Assembly: GCA_964344415.1 (NCBI GenBank)
Contig: CAYFMS010000002.1
Coordinates: 192,593 to 256,592, forward strand
Source of the DNA: an uncultured Gammaproteobacteria bacterium
GTDB taxonomy: Bacteria > Patescibacteriota > Patescibacteriia > UBA9934
Length of the DNA stretch: 64,000 nt
Direction: 5' to 3'
Positions 58,243-64,000 of the stretch are shown piece after piece (position 1 is the stretch's first letter; each line of letters begins with the position of its first letter). The position numbers and the translations under genes were made by a program. The notes below the pieces were generated by a model that saw only the letters and a program-made list of their open reading frames with translations, did not search any database and was not told the origin of the DNA.

Positions 58243-59171
58243 AAAGGATACCTGTTACGGTTTTAACCGGATTTCTTGGCGCCGGAAAAACGACATTACT
58301 TAATCATATTCTGAATGCGAGCGATGAAAAAATCGCCGTTATTGTTAATGAATTTGGAGATATTTCGATCGATGACCGGCTTCTTTTGCGAAGTGATGAA
58401 GAAGTGATCGAGCTTGCGACAGGCTCTATTTGCTGCGCCGTAAAAAATGACGTTGTAAAGGTTCTTACACGACTGGCTGATAATAAAAATCAGAAATTTG
58501 ATCGTGTCGTCATTGAAACGACAGGACTGGCTAATCCTGCCCCACTTATTGAGGCATTTGAATCGAAACCAGGACTCCGACCATTCAATGTCGAGCATAT
58601 CGTGACGCTTACAGATAGCTATCATATTCTTGAACAAATCGACCGAACACCAGAGGCACGCGAGCAGATCGCATTAGCGGACACGGTTATTCTGAATAAA
58701 ATTGACCTCTGTCCGGATGTCGATGCTGTTCGTGACATTGTTTTACGCATTAATCCTCTTGCGAAAATTATTGAAACGAATCAAAGCAAGGTAGAATTAC
58801 AAGCTATTCTTTCAACTGCTGAGTTCCCAGAAATACGACATCATGCACATGACCATGATTCGCATCATCACGATTCGGAACTTCAGACATTCTCATTATC
58901 TGAATCAAGACCACTTAGCTTAGACAAAGTTTCTCATTGGATCGCCGAGCACATTATTCTCAATGGAGAAAATCTGCTCCGATACAAAGGCATTCTCAAC
59001 ATCGACGGAATGAATGAGCGCTTTGTATTTCAGGGACTGCATATGCATTTTTCGAATACAAAAGATCGACCTTGGCATGAAAATGAAGAGCGGATCAGTG
59101 AAGTTGTCATCATCGGGAAAAATCTAGACCAAAAAGAATTCGAGGACTCATTCAGAGAATTAGCCGCGTAA
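58239..59171 (+). CDS. COG0523-family G3E GTPase (CobW/YjiA/ZigA-like metallochaperone)
   Basis: P-loop VLTGFLGAGKTTLLNHIL, CxCC-like metal motif (GSICCAV) and a His-rich stretch HHAHDHDSHHHDSE typical of zinc-associated COG0523 members. Confidence 0.85.
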   Translation: MKRIPVTVLTGFLGAGKTTLLNHILNASDEKIAVIVNEFGDISIDDRLLLRSDEEVIELATGSICCAVKNDVVKVLTRLADNKNQKFDRVVIETTGLANPAPLIEAFESKPGLRPFNVEHIVTLTDSYHILEQIDRTPEAREQIALADTVILNKIDLCPDVDAVRDIVLRINPLAKIIETNQSKVELQAILSTAEFPEIRHHAHDHDSHHHDSELQTFSLSESRPLSLDKVSHWIAEHIILNGENLLRYKGILNIDGMNERFVFQGLHMHFSNTKDRPWHENEERISEVVIIGKNLDQKEFEDSFRELAA

Positions 59172-60143
59172 AACGATATAAATGATATACACGATGTACA
59201 GAAGGAGGAATCCAGCTCCTTCGAATCTTGAAATTCCAGTTGATGTGAATTTGTCTTTTGAATATTGGTCAACGAATATCGTGAAGAAGAGGATGATCAT
59301 TGCAATAAATGCAAATAAACTATCCCAAACAACATCTGTTCCCACCTGAAGTGGACTCGGTGAAATAGTTGCCGTAATTCCAACCACCATTAAAATATTA
59401 AAAACATTTGACCCAATAATTCCCCCAACAGCCATATCCATTTCACCCTTCTTCGCTGCGACGAGTGATGAAACAAGCTCTGGCAGAGATGTACCGATGG
59501 CGATGACCGAAACAGCGATAAGCCCCTCAGATATCCCAATAGCTAATGCTATTGATGTTGCGCTGTCAACGGTTAATCGGGCTCCGATCATCAATCCAAG
59601 AAGTCCCATGATTGTCATCCCAATGGCAATCCAGGTTTTTCTCTTGGGTTTTTCCAGTTTTTTCTTTGAAACCTGCCTTGCAGAAAGCACCAAATAATAC
59701 ATGAACACCGCGAAGAATCCGAGAAGCGCAATTCCATCCATCCGTGAAAGTTCAAAATGCTCTGCTTGTGAAATGAGTGGGTCCAGCAAGAATAGCATCA
59801 TCATGACGCCCGCGAGCAACATGAATGGCATTTCTTTCACTACGGTTCTGCTTCGCACGGGAATATGCGAAATCAGTGCAGATGCACCTAGAATCAACAA
59901 AATATTCGCGATATTAGATCCGTTGATATTCCCAAGAGCTAATTCCGCGCTTCCCTGCAGAGCTGATAAAATATTGACCACTAATTCAGGAGCAGATGTT
60001 CCAAATGCAACAATAGTGAGCCCAATAACAATTGGAGAGATTTTGAATCGCTTTGCGATCTCGCTCCCCCCTTCGACTAAATAATCAGCACCTTTTACAA
60101 GGAGCATAAGCCCCGCAACGAGAAACAAAATTTGAGTCGGCAT
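59160..60143 (-). CDS. Ca2+/Na+ (cation) antiporter, CaCA family (YrbG-like)
   Basis: Two alpha-repeat regions (GSEIAKRFKISPIVIGLTIVAFGTSAPELVV and GISEGLIAVSVIAIGTSLPELVS); 327 aa. Confidence 0.8.
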   Translation of the reverse strand: MPTQILFLVAGLMLLVKGADYLVEGGSEIAKRFKISPIVIGLTIVAFGTSAPELVVNILSALQGSAELALGNINGSNIANILLILGASALISHIPVRSRTVVKEMPFMLLAGVMMMLFLLDPLISQAEHFELSRMDGIALLGFFAVFMYYLVLSARQVSKKKLEKPKRKTWIAIGMTIMGLLGLMIGARLTVDSATSIALAIGISEGLIAVSVIAIGTSLPELVSSLVAAKKGEMDMAVGGIIGSNVFNILMVVGITATISPSPLQVGTDVVWDSLFAFIAMIILFFTIFVDQYSKDKFTSTGISRFEGAGFLLLYIVYIIYIVLRG

Positions 60144-60182
60144 ACTCAGCTAATTATACCACCTTCCACCGTCATCTCGAGC

Positions 60183-60204
60183 CCTGCCTGCCGGCAGGCA
60201 GGGA
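60183..60204. repeat. Perfect 22-bp palindrome ccctgcctgccggcaggcaggg, copy 2
   Basis: Identical to the copy next to the tRNA-Asn 5' fragment. It is followed by a member of the cccgccttcgctc/gagctacg repeat module (RC orientation) at 60210-60250. Confidence 0.7.
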
Positions 60205-60342
60205 ATGCGCCTGCACGACGTAGCTCTGAGAGCGAAGGCGGGAGGGGTCTCTAGTTTTTCTTCTTACTTTTCTTTAAAGAAAAGTAAGCAAAAGAACGCC
60301 GCCAGTGCTCGCTTTGTCACATGCATAGAGCGTCATCGCTCG

Positions 60343-60418
60343 GGCAAAACAGAGAGTAGGAATGTCTTTATTTTTCTTAGTGCAATGATGCGTTCATTCC
60401 TATCGGCTGTTTTGCAAT
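60343..60418. other. Long imperfect inverted repeat (~21-nt arms, gcaaaacagagagtaggaatg ... cattcctatcggctgttttgc) in the 430-bp intergenic region
   Basis: Seen in sequence. A second 10-bp-stem palindrome cttacttttc-tttaaa-gaaaagtaag lies at 60262-60287. Confidence 0.4.
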
Positions 60419-60571
60419 TCCTCGCTCCTGCCGCATGCAATGTGACAGTCTCACAGGTGGCGGCAGATTCGTGCAGCGAAATCCTGAGCCTGTCGAAGGA
60501 TCTCTTCAAACCGTTCAGTATCCGACATGACGGTTGCTAATGGATCCCAGCTCGGAGGCCGGAATGGCGAA

Positions 60572-61369
60572 TTATGAAAGAGGCATGGTGAGGCATTTGC
60601 ATGCGCCTCCGCCCTTGATAAATTCCGACATTTCAACTTGATGCACAGTATATCCCCTCTGCTCAAGCTCTTCTGTTATATCCTCAGCACCGGCAGGCAT
60701 CACGATGTCATTTCCGAGTACGAAACTATTGCAGGCAAACTTCAGCGCATCTTCATCCGAAACCTCGATCACCGTATCAAACTCTTCTTTTATCTTAGCA
60801 AGCGATTCAGACTCAATGGCTGCAGGGTAACAAATAGCAAGATCTTCCGTGATAGGACAAAAACAGGTGTCCAGATGATAAAAACGATCATCCGTCAGCC
60901 CTATAGATATCAACTCAACCTTACTCACTTCATTCAAGTATTTTCCAATTTCATTATGCGCTTCACGATCTGTTCGAAAACCATACCCGCAAAACAATCG
61001 ATTTCCCGACCATAAAGAATCACCATGCCCTTCAAATTTCAAATCTGGTGAAAGCTCCCTAATTTCATAGCCAGCACCACGAAACCAGTCGATGATATGT
61101 GGCCTTTCACCCTGGCGTTCAGGAAATGCAAAGTTAGATGGAATAAATACATTACCAAGCTTCACACCAACGTCGACATAAACCATATCTGGCTGATCCG
61201 GCTGAGGATGCATAAGCTCGATCTTCATTCCAAGCCCTTTATATACCTCCGTGAGGTCCTTCCATTGCTGTGATTTATCTCCCGATGCTTTGTGATGAAT
61301 ATCCATCCACGGATTAATCGAATACTCAATATCAAAATAATCCGGAGGGCACATTAATACTTTTGTCAT
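60572..61369 (-). CDS. Amidinotransferase-superfamily enzyme (DDAH/arginine-deiminase-like)
   Basis: N-terminal VLMCPPDYFDI and the C-terminal catalytic-Cys motif GGGACKCLT are typical of DDAH and arginine-deiminase-type hydrolases. The start is set at internal MTKVLMCPP (ATGA overlap with the NUDIX gene). Confidence 0.6.
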   Translation of the reverse strand: MTKVLMCPPDYFDIEYSINPWMDIHHKASGDKSQQWKDLTEVYKGLGMKIELMHPQPDQPDMVYVDVGVKLGNVFIPSNFAFPERQGERPHIIDWFRGAGYEIRELSPDLKFEGHGDSLWSGNRLFCGYGFRTDREAHNEIGKYLNEVSKVELISIGLTDDRFYHLDTCFCPITEDLAICYPAAIESESLAKIKEEFDTVIEVSDEDALKFACNSFVLGNDIVMPAGAEDITEELEQRGYTVHQVEMSEFIKGGGACKCLTMPLS

Positions 61370-61788
61370 AGATTTTGCGAGTAGAATACACCGTTGAGAT
61401 AGCATTGTATAGCCATTCTGCTTGCATCAAAATGAGGCTCAGGCAATTCTCGTGGATTCACCCATTCCCATGACTCACATTTTTCTGGTTCGCAAACAAT
61501 TGGGGCTTCGCTCGGCGCATCCGCTACAAGCACAATGGAGATTGAGTGAAAGCCTTCATCCTCGTATGTTTCAAGGTTATTCGTGCAGGCAATAACTTTT
61601 GGATTTACAGATAATCCCGTTTCTTCCATAATTTCGCGTGCAGCTCCTTCTTCGAAACTCTCACCCATTTCAAGACCTCCTCCCGGAATTGAAAAATAAG
61701 GAGCATGACTCCCCTTCCTTTTTCCAACAAGTATTTTTCCCTCCTGATTCACTAAAATCACTCCAAGTCCAACAACGGGTTTACTCAT
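61366..61788 (-). CDS. NUDIX hydrolase
   Basis: Nudix box GGGLEMGESFEEGAAREIMEETGL; 140 aa. Confidence 0.8.
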   Translation of the reverse strand: MSKPVVGLGVILVNQEGKILVGKRKGSHAPYFSIPGGGLEMGESFEEGAAREIMEETGLSVNPKVIACTNNLETYEDEGFHSISIVLVADAPSEAPIVCEPEKCESWEWVNPRELPEPHFDASRMAIQCYLNGVFYSQNL

Positions 61789-62209
61789 ACTGTTTCTTCA
61801 TTTTTTTTACAGAGTTTTTGATGAGCTTTTTCAACTGTGGAATCGATACATCTTCAAGCTTTTTGATGTACAGGCAGGATTTTCCTGTTTTGTATTTTCC
61901 AAGATTTTTCATCGTTTCTTTATCTTCTTCAAACCCAGTCATAATGTAAACGGTCGAAAATTGCGCACGAGGTGAAAAGGCAGTCACAGGCCAATCACCT
62001 TCACGACCGCTTGCATATTTATAGGTATAAGTCCCGAAACCTACAATTGAATCTCCCCACATAACCGGCTTCTCTTTCGTCACCGATTCAAATATTTCAA
62101 GTAATGCAAAAGCATCTTCCTTACGTTTTTCATTTTTGATAGATGAAAGAAACTTTTTAACACTCCTTTTATTCGGCCTTGTTTTCATATTCTTTGTAAG
62201 GATATTCAA
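61781..62209 (-). CDS. DUF1801 (YdhG/YdeI-like) domain protein
   Basis: 142 aa, N-terminus VKKFLSSI...KRKEDAFALLEIFESVTKEKPVMWGDSIVGFGTYTYKYASGREGDW, typical of DUF1801. Confidence 0.5.
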   Translation of the reverse strand: MNILTKNMKTRPNKRSVKKFLSSIKNEKRKEDAFALLEIFESVTKEKPVMWGDSIVGFGTYTYKYASGREGDWPVTAFSPRAQFSTVYIMTGFEEDKETMKNLGKYKTGKSCLYIKKLEDVSIPQLKKLIKNSVKKMKKQYE

Positions 62210-62450
62210 CTTTGTGAAATTTTGCGAGGGTAGAATAGATAATCAGCTCCACAATTCCAAGAGTAATTCCGAAAATGGCGCCAATAATCGGCATTCCAAT
62301 AAGAGCGCCAAAAGCCAATAATGTTCCTTGATTTATCCCCGTTGTTGCAAGATCTGCGATCAAGCCTCCAACAGAATAAAATATGCCAGCCAGCAGACCA
62401 AGAACCGTAAAAGTGATCGCATGGAATTTTATGATTGAGAAATGCTTCAT
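62169..62450 (-). CDS. Small hypothetical membrane protein (93 aa, Gly-rich TM helices)
   Basis: Two or three TM helices (LGLLAGIFYSVGGLIADL...AFGALIGMPIIGAIFGITLGIV). Confidence 0.35.
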   Translation of the reverse strand: MKHFSIIKFHAITFTVLGLLAGIFYSVGGLIADLATTGINQGTLLAFGALIGMPIIGAIFGITLGIVELIIYSTLAKFHKVEYPYKEYENKAE

Positions 62451-62574
62451 ATGCGTACATTATATCGCATATGATCGCAGGTTCTCATACTGTTTCAATT
62501 TTGTATGTTAAAACCCCTAACGTAGTCCATATCATTCTGTAATTATGGAAATATATTTGGACGAAGTGGGGTGG

Positions 62575-62737
62575 CGGAGAGGACCCGCCTTCGCTCTTCC
62601 CCCTTCGCTCGACTAGCCGGGCTTCGGAGGGACATGTCGAGCTACGGCGGGCAGGCAGGATTGAACCCATGATCGCAGGTTCTAATCCCGTATTCAAGCA
62701 ATCCGACATAGCCTGACCAAAGTCAGGCGACGGCGGA
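62575..62737. repeat. Repeat-family member C adjacent to tRNA-Ser; begins with a 13-nt copy of the tRNA-Ser 3' terminus (tggcggagaggac)
   Basis: tggcggagaggac at 62575-62587 duplicates 62738-62750. It is followed by cccgccttcgctc...gagctacggcgggcaggcagg, shared with the elements at 43985 and 62920 (RC). Confidence 0.55.
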
Positions 62738-62825
62738 TGGCGGAGAGGACAGGATTCGAACCTGCGAGGGCTTGCACCCAACACCCTTTCCAGGGGTGCG
62801 CCTTAAACCGCTCGGCCACCTCTCC
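62738..62825 (-). tRNA. tRNA-Ser(GGA), class II tRNA with long variable arm
   Basis: Reverse complement GGAGAGGTGGCCGAGCGGTTTAAGGCGCACCCCTGGAAAGGGTGTTGGGTGCAAGCCCTCGCAGGTTCGAATCCTGTCCTCTCCGCCA. It has a 7-bp acceptor, a 3-bp D stem, anticodon loop CUGGAAA, a long variable arm, a T-loop TTCGAAT and encoded CCA. Confidence 0.8.
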
Positions 62826-62882
62826 ATGTTAATCTTCCAATTTTCGCTGCACTTGCCTCCGACCTGTTTGTAAAACATCTTC

Positions 62883-63125
62883 GTAAAACAATCAAGTTTA
62901 AGGTGACATCGTAATCCCAGCCGTGCCTGCCCGCCGTAGCCGCAAGGCGAAGGCGGGAGCTGGGATCCACTCGACAAACAGGGGATTCCGGGTCAAGCCC
63001 GGAATGACGGGCGGTAAACTCCGTTAAATTCTAAAAACTCGTTTAAACCCCGGCACGAAAGTAATCTCTCCAATCTCATAAATCTCCTTTATCACCTTCG
63101 CATCTCTAAACCCTACCCCCTACAC
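62883..63125. repeat. Repeat-family member D (nested GC-rich hairpins + ggaatgacg module + AATCTC-spaced tail)
   Basis: atcccagc...gctgggat outer stem enclosing cctgcccgcc...ggcggg; ccgggtcaagcccgg hairpin; ctctccaatctcataaatctcc tail similar to 30800-30830 and 44060-44090. Confidence 0.5.
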
Positions 63126-63148
63126 CCTAGCTAAGCTATAATGAAAGT

Positions 63149-63556
63149 ATGAAGCTTATATATAGAGAAAATGACCTGATCAATCCACTTCCCGTCCTTC
63201 GCAAGGCGGGATATTCACATTTTACCGATCCAAAAACAAAAAAAGAAAGCTATGTCCTGAGAACAGGACCAGATTATTATCCTCGATTTCATTTATATAT
63301 CGTTCAAAGAAACGATGAAAAAACGGAGCTTGATTTACATCTCGACCAGAAAAAACCACAATATGCTGGTGCACATGCCCACAATGCCGAGTATGATGGC
63401 CCAACGGTTGAAAAGGAAATGAGACGCATCGCGCAGTGGGTATTGAAAGAGCGTCGATCATATCCGCTCAATACCCATCAAGTATTACAAGCACCCGAGC
63501 CAAAACCTAGTGAGGATAGACAAACAAGTCCGAAACAATTTGGCGGGATTTTCTAA
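63149..63556 (+). CDS. Hypothetical protein (135 aa)
   Basis: ORF with a plausible start directly after the repeat region; no family recognised. Confidence 0.35.
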   Translation: MKLIYRENDLINPLPVLRKAGYSHFTDPKTKKESYVLRTGPDYYPRFHLYIVQRNDEKTELDLHLDQKKPQYAGAHAHNAEYDGPTVEKEMRRIAQWVLKERRSYPLNTHQVLQAPEPKPSEDRQTSPKQFGGIF

Positions 63557-63596
63557 AATAAAAAGACCCGTTTATAACGAGTCTTTTTTGTTTAAA

Positions 63597-64000
63597 CTAT
63601 TCCGCAAGCAAACTGTCGATGATTTGAGAGAAGTTGCTATATGGCACTGCTCCAGAAATCAATTGGCCATTTACGAATGTTGCTGGTGTTCCACTTGCTC
63701 CCGCCGCTTGTGCTGAAGCCAGATCTTCCGCTACATCCGTCGCATGATCCTGATTTTCAAGACAATTCTCGAATTTATTTGTATTCAGGCCAAGATCCGC
63801 CGCCAGTTGTGAGTAAAGCGCAGATCCTAGATTCGTTTGATTTTCAAATAATGCATCAGAATACTCCCAGAATTTCCCCTGGTCAGCCGCACATTCTGAC
63901 GCAAGAGCTGCAGGAGTTGCTTCAGGATGGAATGAAAGCGGTAAATGACGATACACCCAAGCAACATCATCACCATAATCTTCTACAATTTGAACAAGCG
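63597..64000 (-). CDS. DsbA-like thiol:disulfide oxidoreductase, C-terminal part (N-terminus with the CxxC site lies beyond the right edge)
   Basis: C-terminal thioredoxin-fold pattern GTPATFVNGQLISGAVPYSNF. The reading frame stays open past the GTG chosen by the ORF track to position 64000. Confidence 0.5.
   Translation of the reverse strand, partial: LVQIVEDYGDDVAWVYRHLPLSFHPEATPAALASECAADQGKFWEYSDALFENQTNLGSALYSQLAADLGLNTNKFENCLENQDHATDVAEDLASAQAAGASGTPATFVNGQLISGAVPYSNFSQIIDSLLAE

Noticed and set aside
60205-60666. ORFs 60205-60540 (+) and 60451-60666 (-) in the repeat-rich intergenic region
   Set aside because: They are built from palindromes and repeat modules, have no homolog-like motifs and overlap each other.
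62590-62737. Possible additional tRNA (T-loop-like gggttcaatcc on the minus strand)
   Set aside because: No acceptor stem, CCA end or complete cloverleaf could be built. It is more likely a repeat module or a degenerate tRNA fragment.
62485-62977. ORFs 62485-62784 (-) and 62723-62977 (-)
   Set aside because: They run through tRNA-Ser and the GC-rich repeat elements; these are structured RNA or repeat sequence, not coding.
1-64000. CRISPR arrays, rRNA genes, integrase/transposase genes
   Set aside because: I searched by eye for regularly spaced 25-40-bp direct repeats, rRNA-like conserved blocks, and tyrosine or serine recombinase or DDE motifs in all large ORFs. None were found. The only repeats are the irregular dispersed GC-rich elements and the 166-bp pair.

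Overview
This 64 kb window comes from a low-GC, gene-dense bacterial genome. It has many aminoacyl-tRNA synthetases, short intergenic gaps, frequent 4-8 nt gene overlaps and weak or absent Shine-Dalgarno sequences. That character fits a reduced, CPR/Patescibacteria-like or similar small-genome lineage, but I cannot place it taxonomically from sequence alone.

Positions 1 to about 35,000 are mostly housekeeping genes:
- a dnaG-rpoD operon;
- clpB, preceded by a perfect CIRCE operator;
- a wecG/tagA-type glycosyltransferase, gltX and an M23 peptidase;
- an ftsQ-like/alr/serS/nucleotidyltransferase/lysS/greA/mrdA/mreD/mreC/mreB minus-strand block;
- a DUF721 protein plus a UvrD-type helicase-nuclease;
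- tatD, metG, rsmI and pepA;
- a redox cluster with two peroxiredoxins, bcp and two glutaredoxins, plus a second Gre-factor paralog, a mutY-like glycosylase, ybjQ and a SpoU methylase.

Positions 35,000 to 64,000 are accessory-like:
- secreted and membrane proteins, including a Ser/Asp-rich acidic protein, a 45-residue-repeat protein and a CAP/YkwD protein;
- a sulfotransferase and a DEAD-box helicase;
- a set of small DUF/SRPBCC genes;
- a full-length MutS fused to a C-terminal HNH nuclease (MutS7-like), with an unknown 408-aa partner;
- a 5.9 kb segment bracketed by two 166-bp near-identical direct repeats that each begin with a copy of the tRNA-Asn 3' terminus;
- a tRNA-Asn(GUU) gene interrupted in its anticodon loop by a 282-nt group I intron with recognisable P, Q, R and S elements;
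- a GIY-YIG nuclease ORF abutting that tRNA, next to a duplicated tRNA 5' fragment;
- a tRNA-Ser(GGA) gene, a zinc-chaperone-like GTPase, a Ca/Na antiporter and DDAH-like, NUDIX and DUF1801 genes;
- a family of dispersed GC-rich palindromic repeats.

The bracketed segment carries a compositionally foreign GC-rich ORF and a tight five-gene operon. The operon encodes a membrane protein, a standalone ComEC-type MBL nuclease domain, a 316-aa protein with a C-terminal Rx6H (HEPN-like) motif, a SET-domain protein and a DUF218 protein.

I found no rRNA, no CRISPR array and no recognisable integrase or transposase.
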